In this document: positions 9,193-18,504 of the stretch, one piece after another | How the letters are laid out: each line of letters opens with the position of its first letter | Numbering within the stretch: the first letter of the stretch is position 1 | NCBI GenBank assembly: GCA_963751455.1 | Contig: CAVVUN010000001.1 | Span: forward strand, 96,001-160,000 | Source of the DNA: Nitrospirota bacterium | GTDB taxonomy: Bacteria; Nitrospirota; UBA9217 | Direction of reading: 5' to 3' | Length of the DNA stretch: 64,000 bases | Notes under the pieces: model-generated | Databases searched by the model: none | What the model was told of the DNA's origin: nothing | The model's input: the letters and a program-made list of their open reading frames with translations, nothing else | Made by a program: the position numbers and the translations under genes

Positions 9193-10335
9193 TTACCGAC
9201 ACGCGCTTAAATATTGCCGGATGTAATCCTTCTCTTCAGCATCGGGCTGTAGGGCCAGGTAACGCTCAAGATTCTTCCTAGCCTCCAGCTTGTCGCCTTT
9301 CTTATAAGCCATTATGCCCATGGCCCGGTAAGGCTCAGGATAATTCGGGTCTAGCCCGACAGCCTTCCTGTAATTTTCAAGTGCCTCCTGCTGCCCCTCG
9401 GGAAGTCCGTTCTCCCGAAAGATCTCTCCGAGCAGAAAATAGGCCTTCGCATCATTCGGCTTCCAGGAAAGGTATTTTCTAACAATCTGTTCCGCGATCG
9501 TAAAATTGCCCCGTTTCACATCGAGCTCTGCATTAGGGATGAGCAGCCCTATTATATGTCTACGGATGGAGACCGCATTCGTAATACCCCGCTGCCCCTT
9601 GTACTCGCCCTCAATAAGATCGTTGAAGCTGTCGATGCGTTGCTGAAGTTTCGGGTGATCGCTGTAAGCGAATGGCGCCTTCTTTTTTACTTTTTCCACG
9701 TCCCGTTGGAAAAGCTCAAAAAGCCTGGGCGCTTCGCGAGGATTGTAGCCTGCGCGGACCGCCCGGCGAAGCCCTTCCCTGTCCGCTTCCGATTCCATTG
9801 TCCGCGAATAACCGTTTACGGCCGCGGTTACGCTCCATTGGCCCAGAGATTCTCCGAAACTCCCGAGCCAGGAGCCAAGCGAGATTTTGCTCCTGTTCCT
9901 CTTCTTCATATTCATGAATTCCTGCGCTGCGTGATGGTTCACGATATGTGTCATTTCGTGACCGAGAAGGACAGCGAGCTGAGCTTCGTTCTCAATCGCT
10001 GCCAGCATGCCGGTATGGATATATATCCTGCCCGTCGGATAAGCCATCGCGTTCAGATACGGGTTCTTGATGATCTTGACGCTGATCGGCGGAGATCCCG
10101 GCTCCGAAAGCTTCCGGGCGACTGCGTTTACATAATCGTCGAGGTCTTTGTCCTCGTAAAGCCATCCGCTCCGGTCGATTGTGCGGGTCTCTTCCTCAGC
10201 GTGCGCCCACAGTCGCTGTTCGCTGCTCTCATCGGTGCCTTCCGATATTGTCGTTTTCCCGCGCTCTGCAATCGCATCGGTTACTATCGTCAAAAGCGCA
10301 GCTAAGACTAAAATTGTGATGACCGGCCGTCTCAT
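9193..10335 (-). CDS. M48-family metallopeptidase with C-terminal TPRs (BepA-like)
   Basis: Signal peptide; NAMAYPTG, GHEMTH (HExxH), YSRTMESEAD, DHP motifs; TPR tail. Confidence 0.9.
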   Translation of the reverse strand: MRRPVITILVLAALLTIVTDAIAERGKTTISEGTDESSEQRLWAHAEEETRTIDRSGWLYEDKDLDDYVNAVARKLSEPGSPPISVKIIKNPYLNAMAYPTGRIYIHTGMLAAIENEAQLAVLLGHEMTHIVNHHAAQEFMNMKKRNRSKISLGSWLGSFGESLGQWSVTAAVNGYSRTMESEADREGLRRAVRAGYNPREAPRLFELFQRDVEKVKKKAPFAYSDHPKLQQRIDSFNDLIEGEYKGQRGITNAVSIRRHIIGLLIPNAELDVKRGNFTIAEQIVRKYLSWKPNDAKAYFLLGEIFRENGLPEGQQEALENYRKAVGLDPNYPEPYRAMGIMAYKKGDKLEARKNLERYLALQPDAEEKDYIRQYLSACR

Positions 10336-10337
10336 TG

Positions 10338-11080
10338 CTATTCCTCTACGCGTACCCGATCCAGCATTTTTTTCGTCAATTCCTCGATTTTAGCGGGGTC
10401 ACGAAAATCAAAGCCCTTTCCGCTCATTATCGACGTATACCAAAGCACGCTCCCGGTGTGATCGATGAGGGCCATACTCAGATATGTCCCCGGGTTCCGA
10501 AGTGGTGCAAGTCTTACAGGACTAAACGAGCTCACAAATGCTACTGACCTGCTCCGATGCCGCGCTGACGCCCTCGCTTCCGTTTCCAGCTCATTCTGCC
10601 CAAAGACCAGGAGAATCGCATCTACGTTATGTTTTCTCAAGAGCGAATCGATCGGGCCGAAGGAGTAATCGGGGCAGGTGCGTTCATTCGAACAGAGTGA
10701 AAGCTTGCGATACGTCTTGTTCCAATAGAGGCTTTCGCTGATCGCCCGGAACAGGTAGTACATCTGCTCGAGGTCGCTGTCCCTGTCGCGGTCGAAGCCG
10801 ATAAACCGGGAAGCAACAGCCCTGTACTTTAGCTCGTTAACCAGGGATACTGAAAATTCTTGTCGGCAGTCTCACACCATTCGTCTATAAGCTCCCTCAT
10901 GCTGCCGCTAGAAAGTTGGTACATCAGGATATCAGGAGGAATTATGCCCACAGTTTTGATCGATTTGATCTTGTTGTTGAAATCCACTAGAGCTTGTTCC
11001 CAAAGCGAAGGACCGCAGCTCTGAAGATTGACAACGAAACAAAGAACCGCAAGGAAGGAAAGAATTTTTGAACGGGTCAT
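10338..11080 (-). CDS. Lipoprotein (single frameshift at the A4 run 10853-10856)
   Basis: Lipobox LQSC. Adding one base joins ORF 10829..11080 to 10338..10763 (NFSVSLVNELKYRAVASRFIGFD...MYYLF). Confidence 0.65.
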
Positions 11081-11235
11081 ATTTATACCCTTTTTTCTTG
11101 GCCACGGGGTTGTTTAATTAACCGGTCAATTTTCATGGTTCTATGCTGCGGCCTGGCCGGTCAATGACTCACAAAAAACGTTTTTAGGGTGCCAGGTTAA
11201 AACTCGTTGGTTCAACTTTCGGAATCTGATCGCCA

Positions 11236-13125
11236 TTATTTTGAGAGCATCTTTTCTTGTTCCTCAATAAACATTTTAAACTTCTTTTCGTTACGAATCC
11301 TGTCGAAGTCCTTGTCAGATCTAATTTTCTCAAGCCACATCTTTCTATCATAATCGAGGGGAATTTTCGCCCAAAGGATAGCTTGCTCCACGTTACGATT
11401 TAGCGCGTTCGCCGATGCTATATTGTAAGCTTCAATGTTATATGCGGCAATATTCCTCGTCGGTTGTTTTTCAAGTATGTTAAACCCTTGAGTAAAGTAT
11501 TTTATCGCCTTTTCATATTCCTTTAAAATAGCGTGACAAACTCCCAAAATATCGCTTGCCATAACATTCTCACAATTAAGAACAAATATTTCTAGATCTT
11601 CAATAGCCCTCTTACAATCGTCCAATTGGTAATTGGCGCTTCCGCTTACAAATAGCATGTAGTGGTAGTAATCTCTAATATCCTTTTTTTCTTCCTGAGT
11701 CAAAGTTTGATCATCCGGGCCTTGACCGTCAATACGGGCGTACGCCTTTTCAATTTTATTTCTTACTTTATTAATTAAATTTAATGCATCTTCTGGTTTT
11801 TCCTGTTTCAAGTAAATTAGACTCGTAAGCAAAATGGTTCTCTCGTCATCCGGCTTGTTTATATGTTTTAGCGTATCTAACGCTTTATTTATTTCCCCGC
11901 CGTTATAAAATGCCCATGCCCTTGCATAATTGATTTTTTCCTGCGGATACTGCTTAATGAACTCACAGGCATCGCTATAATTCATTTCGCAAGCCTTCTT
12001 GACGTCAGACATCCCACGGTCGTCATCAAGCAATTCTATGTAACTAAGACCCCTTACGAAGTAGGCTTCGACATAATCAGGATTCATTTCAATTGCCTTG
12101 GTGGCATCCTTTATGGCGGCCTCATAAGCGCCTTTTTTAAAAAAAACGAAACCGCGGTTATGATACGTTGTAGGATCGTTAGAATTTAATGATATTGATT
12201 TTGTAAAGTCATCTATTGCAAGATCATATTGCTTTTTGTGCGAGTATGCGGTGCCACGATTATTATAAGCTTCAGCGAAATTTGGATTGAGTAGAATAGC
12301 TTTCGTTAAATGTGTAATTGCCAGATCATCCTCAGCCTTTTCAACGAAAATAGTTCCAAGATTATAATGAGCGTTTTCATGGGATGGATTAATGTCAATT
12401 ACATGTTTATAATCTTGAATCGCAGCTTCTATGTTTCCTTGTAACTGGTATAATTTTGCTCTATAGGAATATGCCTTCACATAAGATGGATTTAGTTCGA
12501 TCGATTTTGAAAATTCTATAATTGCCAGATCGTCTCTCGCTCTTAAAAAGTACCCAAAGCCCTTATCGTAAAAAATTAACCCTTGAAAAAGTCTTTCCGC
12601 CTCTTGTATTCTGTTAACTGTTTGTTTCTTCGAACTTGCGCTTTTGAATTGCCTCTTGAGTTTGTTAAGTTGTGATTGATTTTTTTCAATTTGTTCAAGC
12701 AAATCCCGGTAATCATCTGCAATCAACTTTCCTGTAGCCTTAATCGCCGTCTCAATAATTTTTTCAGGCCATACTACCATCCGCAACTTGATTGAATACA
12801 TAGTCCCTGCTTTAGTGACACTCGCTTTTTCTTTAATCACTTCAAATTCAGTAAAAAAGGAAGCAACTACTTGCAATTGGTCTTTTGTAAGATCTATTTT
12901 TTTGTCTTTCAGAAGCATGTCAATGTAAGGCATGGCTTCGGTTATAATCTTCCTTTTTGCTTCAATAAATGCCCTCTCTTTTGCAATAGTAGGGTTTTCC
13001 GTTTGACCTATGGAATATAAGATTTCCGCCAAATACTCCTTTTCTAATGCGAAGGCAAAAGTGGAGATTATCATTGTGGCTAATAACATAAAAACTGACT
13101 TAAAATATACCGCGTTCATTCTCAC
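11236..13125 (-). CDS. Secreted multi-TPR protein, directly downstream of the orphan RHS C-terminus
   Basis: Signal peptide ending AFA, coiled coil, many TPRs (AYNNRG, TYHNRG, AYFVRG). Visibly AT-rich. Confidence 0.85.
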   Translation of the reverse strand: MRMNAVYFKSVFMLLATMIISTFAFALEKEYLAEILYSIGQTENPTIAKERAFIEAKRKIITEAMPYIDMLLKDKKIDLTKDQLQVVASFFTEFEVIKEKASVTKAGTMYSIKLRMVVWPEKIIETAIKATGKLIADDYRDLLEQIEKNQSQLNKLKRQFKSASSKKQTVNRIQEAERLFQGLIFYDKGFGYFLRARDDLAIIEFSKSIELNPSYVKAYSYRAKLYQLQGNIEAAIQDYKHVIDINPSHENAHYNLGTIFVEKAEDDLAITHLTKAILLNPNFAEAYNNRGTAYSHKKQYDLAIDDFTKSISLNSNDPTTYHNRGFVFFKKGAYEAAIKDATKAIEMNPDYVEAYFVRGLSYIELLDDDRGMSDVKKACEMNYSDACEFIKQYPQEKINYARAWAFYNGGEINKALDTLKHINKPDDERTILLTSLIYLKQEKPEDALNLINKVRNKIEKAYARIDGQGPDDQTLTQEEKKDIRDYYHYMLFVSGSANYQLDDCKRAIEDLEIFVLNCENVMASDILGVCHAILKEYEKAIKYFTQGFNILEKQPTRNIAAYNIEAYNIASANALNRNVEQAILWAKIPLDYDRKMWLEKIRSDKDFDRIRNEKKFKMFIEEQEKMLSK

Positions 13126-13159
13126 CTCACAAAAAAGAGCCTGCCCAAATTGAGACTCT

Positions 13160-15274
13160 TCACTTCATGTCTATTCGTGTGGGTTCCGGCAATTTATTAC
13201 TAATGAGGCTGGGCAAGCCTGAACTATTATTGCCTCCGGAACCGATACTAATGGAAATTTTACCGACATTGTCTCCCGGCGCCCCAACAAGAGATGGGTC
13301 ATGACTATATTCACCTCCGATAGTTAGGTTGAATTCCTTCGTCAATGGAATAGTATAGCCGGTCGTTGCTTTAACATTTCCGCTCCCTTTGACTTCGCCA
13401 CTCATTGAAAAAGTGCCGTCACCGAGTTTAAAATCTGCTGTCATTTTTCCTCCTATTTTATTGTTATCCACAGAAGGCGCTATTTTTACGCTTCCCTGCA
13501 ACTCAGTACGAATTGTGTGTTGCGTTACTTTATTTATGTCGCGTATTGCGGGATTGACAGTGTTGTTAACTAACCTATCAACGACTGCAGGAGCAGATTG
13601 CGGGACGTTAATCTCCTTTATCTCTGATCCAATCGATAATTCTATATCATTTCCATCCGGGTCTACAAACTTAATTGGATTGCTCCCCGCATAAGAGTAC
13701 ATGTTCATGTTTATCGGATTAAACACCCCACCTATTCCCGGCAGATCTCTTTCCGGCTTCCAGTCTTTCTGCTCTGTTTGTCTAGTGTCATTAACGTTCG
13801 GCAAATATTTTTCTAATATTGGATCCGCACTAATCCACCTGCTTAGCACCGGATCAAAATATCGTGCCCCGTAATAGTACAACCCCGTCTCCGGATCAAG
13901 CTCCTTGCCCGTGAACCGGTACATCGGCATCTGGCCGGAGCCGCCTTCTTCGACCCATGTTTCCCCGTACGGAAAGTATTCAAGCTCCTGGTACACAGCG
14001 CCATAATCATCAGTAATGAAGCTGCTGCTTCCGAGATGGTCCGGATGGTAGAAATATGCAAATTTCTCGGTAGGTGGATTCGTAGTTGTCGTGTCGGTTG
14101 TTCCTGTACTGGTTGTTGTCGTGCCGCTTGTGACCAGCCTACGCCCAATGCCTCTGTGGCTTCCGCGTCCTCTGTTGTATGCCTGCAGGATCCCCTGGCT
14201 GTTTATGATCGCGACCGTGCCTGGTACGCCGGACGTGATGCTGCCGCCGTCCTTTTCGAGTTTGGTGCAGACCCGGGTCTCTCCGGCAAAGACGTGTTTG
14301 CTGCCGAGATCGCCGTTCTTGAGACTGTAGAACCGGTTGAGGTAGACCGTCTCATTCCCGCCTCCGCCTTTGACAACTCTTTCTCCACTGTCATCATACA
14401 GGAACGCAGTGCCGCTCCCGAAGTCTGATATGGATTTCACCCGGTTCTCTTCGTTCCATATAATTGTCCTGGCTGAGTTCGTGGTTTTGCTGGTCCAGCC
14501 GGTCATGTTGCCGTTGTCGTCGTAGCTGTACAGCTTGTCGCCCGCGTCCCTGACCGCGTGGGGCTTGTTCTGCGGATTGTAGAGATACGTCATGTTGTAG
14601 TTCGTCTCTCTGGGCTGCTGGGAGCCGTTCGTACCCAGGATCAGATGGGTCTGGATCTTGCCGGTGATGTTTCCGATTGTATCATAAGCTAAATTGTTCG
14701 TATAGTTTGTTTTCTTGCCCGGATCGGCCTGATGCAGACCATTGGCTGTCGTAAGCTGATACAGATCATCATATGTGTAATGATGCTCTGTTGGGCCGCC
14801 GATCTCGCCGCCTGCCGGTATTGGCGCGGTATTGGTTATATCAAGTATGTTGCCGACAAGGTCATAGGCATACACGATATCCTGGATGACCCGGCCTTTG
14901 GTCGGTTCTTTTGTCCAAAGATGGGTCAGCCGTCGGGTGAGCGGGTCGTAGGCGTAGGTGGTTTTGACGTTATTCCCGTACGTGAACTCGGTCCGCTGTC
15001 CGAATTCGTCGTATAGTAGTTTATCCACGTAGACGTACCGGTTCCCGCGTTTTACTCCTTCTGCTCTCTTGAGCAGCCCTCCCGTATCATAGAGGTAGGT
15101 GAGCACCTCTCCGTCTGGATAGGTGAGTTCAATCATCCGGCCGAAGGAGTCGAAGACATAACCGGTCTGGTACAGCGTCCGGGAAACTGGATTGCTGGAG
15201 GCGTTTACCTGCCTCAATTCTTTCGCGGTCTCACCCAGTCTGCCGTACCACCGCTCTTCCATGCCTGATTCGTC
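13160..15274 (-). pseudogene. Orphan RHS core with a distinct C-terminal domain
   Basis: Homology to the giant gene begins at DESGMEERWYGRLGET. HPDHLGSS, RFTGKELDPETGLYYYGARY and NPIKFVDPDG are followed by a unique 163-aa tail. The first about 58 aa of the track ORF are antisense to a mobile-element remnant. Confidence 0.85.
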
Positions 15275-15616
15275 GACCAGAGCAAGGGTATCAAGAACCT
15301 CGAAAGAATCTCGAAATCCGTGGAAACCGACGACCGTTCCTACAAGGGATTCAATCTCTTCAGCGATGATGATCTCAAATTGTTTAAAGTTCTCGCCCGT
15401 GGTGAGTTCAACATCAACGGCTTGCAGAACAAGTCTCTGCGAAAACAACTGCCATCAATAACGAGTAGCACAATGACGAGAATTCTGAAACGCCTTCACG
15501 TCCACGGGATTATTCGTAAAGTCGGTAAAACATATAAGTACTACGTCTCAAAGCTCGGCAAGGCTGTTATCACTGCGGGATTGACCGTTCGAAATATGTC
15601 AGTAATCCGCAATTAG
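15272..15616 (+). mobile_element. 3' remnant of a putative mobile-element protein (C-terminal winged helix, family often labelled MarR-like)
   Basis: GEFNINGLQNKSLR...RILKRLHVHGIIRKVGKTYKYYVS. Opposite strand to all island genes, no start, abuts the RHS orphan at a GTC overlap. Confidence 0.55.
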
Positions 15617-15740
15617 CGCATGTTTGATGCATGTTCGATAAATAATTCTACCCATTTTGAGAAGCTTTTGATTCTTTAGTAACTAAAAGGTTCCTGATCT
15701 TTGAAAAGACCGGCTGATGAATTTCGGGTGATGCATGAGT

Positions 15741-16322
15741 TTAATTAAGCACTTTTTCAACTACGCCGTTGTCATTGAATATGATGATCTGCCTTTTAAA
15801 GCGCGTTATCCAGTAACTCCAGGCATTCTCTTTTATTGAGTGCGTGAGGTGCTCGGGCGGATATCCATAAGCCACTAAAACAGCTTCCTTCCGTATGCCA
15901 GGCTTGACTTCCCCTTCCTTGACGCATTCAAGTTCCAGAGTCGAAAAACCGGCTGTCAGTTGCTTAAAACTTTGGCTCGTGAAGAGTCTGTTGGTAATAT
16001 CTTTGCTTTTCAATCCCGGATGATACTTCCGCGTAAAGAGGATGACAAAGACACGGTCATTGTTATATATTTCAAATTCACACGCCTTTCCCTTTCGTCC
16101 ATGCCCGCTTTCAAGCGTCAAAGAAGTTACCGCCGTGCCGGCGGGGATAAGAATACCTTTCTTATAATTAACACTCCACATTACTTCAGGTTTTTCATAC
16201 CACACATTGTATGCGGTATATAGTGGATCTTCACTTTTCTCAACAGCGATAGCAGACAGACAAAACCCTGAATAGACAGAATAGAGAGACAGAACTACAA
16301 TCAGCAGTTTTATTCTGGACAT
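15741..16322 (-). CDS. Secreted hypothetical protein with SmpA/OmlA-like C-terminus (paralog of 6873-7451)
   Basis: GGAGG RBS before MSRIKLL; signal peptide; PLYTAYNVWYEKP and KEAVLVAYGYPP. Confidence 0.72.
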   Translation of the reverse strand: MSRIKLLIVVLSLYSVYSGFCLSAIAVEKSEDPLYTAYNVWYEKPEVMWSVNYKKGILIPAGTAVTSLTLESGHGRKGKACEFEIYNNDRVFVILFTRKYHPGLKSKDITNRLFTSQSFKQLTAGFSTLELECVKEGEVKPGIRKEAVLVAYGYPPEHLTHSIKENAWSYWITRFKRQIIIFNDNGVVEKVLN

Positions 16323-16407
16323 TGCAAATGCCTCCTCTGAAAAGAAAATTATCACGATAAGGAAAAGGCCACTTGAATTCGTAGCAACGGATGCCCCTTT
16401 AAATAGA

Positions 16408-17508
16408 TCAATGAATCTTTCGAATAGTAGCGTTACCCATATCTGCAACATACAGGGTGGTTCCGCTCATGGTTATGCCGTGAGGCTCTAAAAAACGCGC
16501 CGCTGTCAGAGCCCCATCCGTTGATCCGCCAAGAGGCACTGGCGCACCCGCGAACGTTGTGACGACTCCTGTGGAAATGACGATCTTCCTGATGGTATTG
16601 TTTGTACTGTCCGCGACATAAAGGTTAGTTCCGTCAGTAGTGATTCCGTAAGGACTGTTGAATTGTGCTGCTGTTCCCGTTCCGTCGGCAGACCCTGGAG
16701 TCATGACTGTGCCGGCGAGGGTAGTAACCGAATTTGTGGAAATGACAATCTTTCGAATAGTTGCATTGGCCGAATCCGTCACATAGAGGTTAGTACCGTC
16801 CGTGGTAATCCCGTTTGGATAGCTGAATCGCGCCGCAGTTCCCGTCCCGTCGCTCCATCCCCAAACTCCAGCTGTGCCTGCCACAGTCGTGACTAATGCT
16901 GAAGAAATAACTACTTTCCGGATAATACAATTCACTGTATCAGCAACGTATAGATTAGTTCCATCGGTCGTGATACCAGTCGGTCCGGCAAATCGTGCCG
17001 CCGCACCTGTTCCTTCGCTGAACCATCCAGGCCCTGCTGAACCGGTTAAGGTCGTAACCAGACCCGAGGAAATGACGATCTTCCGGATCGTACTGTTACT
17101 TGTATCGGCAACATAAAGATTAACCCCGTCATTGGTAATGCCAATTGGTTTTTTGAATCGTGCTGCGGTTCCGATTCCGTCAGCGGACCCGGTAATTCCC
17201 GGTGAACCTGCCAGTGTAGTAACAGCGCCCGTGGAAATAACGATCTTCCGGATGGTGCTGTTATAGGTGTCCGCAACATAAATGTTTGTTCCATCCGTGG
17301 TAATGCCGCACGGCAGATTAAAACGTGCAGCAGTCCCAATTCCATCAGCAGACCCGTAGGACAACGCTAGACCTGCAATGGTAGTAACAGGCTGAGTCCC
17401 TGTGGTATCGGCATTACCGTCTCCGCCCCCGTCCTCTCCGCCTCCGCAGGCGATGAACAAAATTGACGCAGTAAGAATGGTAATGAATGCAATCAACAGT
17501 TTTTTCAT
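16408..17508 (-). CDS. NHL-repeat beta-propeller lipoprotein
   Basis: Lipobox FIAC-GGG and six repeats of DGxGTAARFxxPxGITTDGTNLYVADxxNxTIRKI. Confidence 0.9.
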   Translation of the reverse strand: MKKLLIAFITILTASILFIACGGGEDGGGDGNADTTGTQPVTTIAGLALSYGSADGIGTAARFNLPCGITTDGTNIYVADTYNSTIRKIVISTGAVTTLAGSPGITGSADGIGTAARFKKPIGITNDGVNLYVADTSNSTIRKIVISSGLVTTLTGSAGPGWFSEGTGAAARFAGPTGITTDGTNLYVADTVNCIIRKVVISSALVTTVAGTAGVWGWSDGTGTAARFSYPNGITTDGTNLYVTDSANATIRKIVISTNSVTTLAGTVMTPGSADGTGTAAQFNSPYGITTDGTNLYVADSTNNTIRKIVISTGVVTTFAGAPVPLGGSTDGALTAARFLEPHGITMSGTTLYVADMGNATIRKIH

Positions 17509-17847
17509 TGTGATCCCTCCCAAAATATTTTATTTAATAACGAACGTTATACCTGTAGCTTCGCTATGGAGAACCTTATGTTTGGGATTCCAATGGGCGT
17601 TAAGCACCCTCGTGGTCACCGGCGGGGGTTCAATGCCCGTAAGTGAAAACGAGCTACGGGAGTTTGCTAAATCTGATCGACGGCAATGCAGCCGTCATTA
17701 ATAAGGTCTGCGACTTCTGCCCAACGTCTTTACTTCGTATTTCTCCCGTTGTGCGTATCGCGTTTGATATTAAAACCTTTTTTCATAAAGAGTCCCTTTC
17801 CTTAGCTCTCATAGATGTCGAAACTCATCTCGCAATTTATATCTCCG

Positions 17848-18504
17848 CTACGGTTTAACATTGCTGAATTCTTCGACTAAGTCAAAGAAAGGAAACGATT
17901 GATCAGTCAGATAATAATTGCCATAAGTCATCACAGTATCGCGAATATATTTTAAAGGGACTTCTTGCTTGTTTGATTCAAAATAACTCTTCACCAATTC
18001 CCGAACTATCTTTCCGCCCGGCTCATAATATGTTCGCCTCTCTACGATATAGGGTCCAGGTGATAGTGGTTGCTGCTTATCGGTATTATACCCTTGCATT
18101 GTGTTCAGTCTTTCAAAAACAAAGGCTGTATTGCCATTATGATAAAAATAATATTCTACGGTGTTATTCCATCCTTCGCTAACCGCGAATATAACGATTT
18201 TTACAACTTGTTCGCCCAAAAGATATGCCTTCGCCTTGTAGTCACTCTCTTCAAATGCCTTTACATCTTCTGCAGATTTAACTCTGTACCATTTGTCTTT
18301 TTTATTTTCGCTCGGTCCCGGTCCTTGGTCTGGGGCGCCAGTATGCAACATGATTTCCCGGACTTTCGTTTTAGAAATTAAATCATTCGTATGCTTATAT
18401 ACCTCCTTAATTTTTGTAATCGGATCGTCCGCTGCAAACGTTAACGAATACAAAAAGAGTAATGCAAACATCAATAAAGCTTTATTAATTTCTCTCATCC
18501 CCAT
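17848..18504 (-). CDS. Periplasmic protein, candidate immunity protein for the M15 toxin domain
   Basis: Starts 55 bp after the toxin stop, with an AGGAGG RBS and a signal peptide ending TFA-AD. AT-rich like the toxin tip. The function is inferred from position. Confidence 0.65.
   Translation of the reverse strand: MGMREINKALLMFALLFLYSLTFAADDPITKIKEVYKHTNDLISKTKVREIMLHTGAPDQGPGPSENKKDKWYRVKSAEDVKAFEESDYKAKAYLLGEQVVKIVIFAVSEGWNNTVEYYFYHNGNTAFVFERLNTMQGYNTDKQQPLSPGPYIVERRTYYEPGGKIVRELVKSYFESNKQEVPLKYIRDTVMTYGNYYLTDQSFPFFDLVEEFSNVKP

Noticed and set aside
15275-15448. N-terminal 58 aa of ORF 13160..15448 as a real RHS leader
   Set aside because: It is the antisense read-through of the mobile-element remnant; RHS homology begins at DESG (15274).
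16408-17508. DNA-level repeats as a possible array or DGR template
   Set aside because: They are explained by NHL protein repeats. There is no reverse transcriptase and no adenine-specific variation.
17640-17800. Possible small gene remnant (RBS followed by MKK...) between the immunity candidate and the NHL gene
   Set aside because: It is short, broken and has no recognisable homology.
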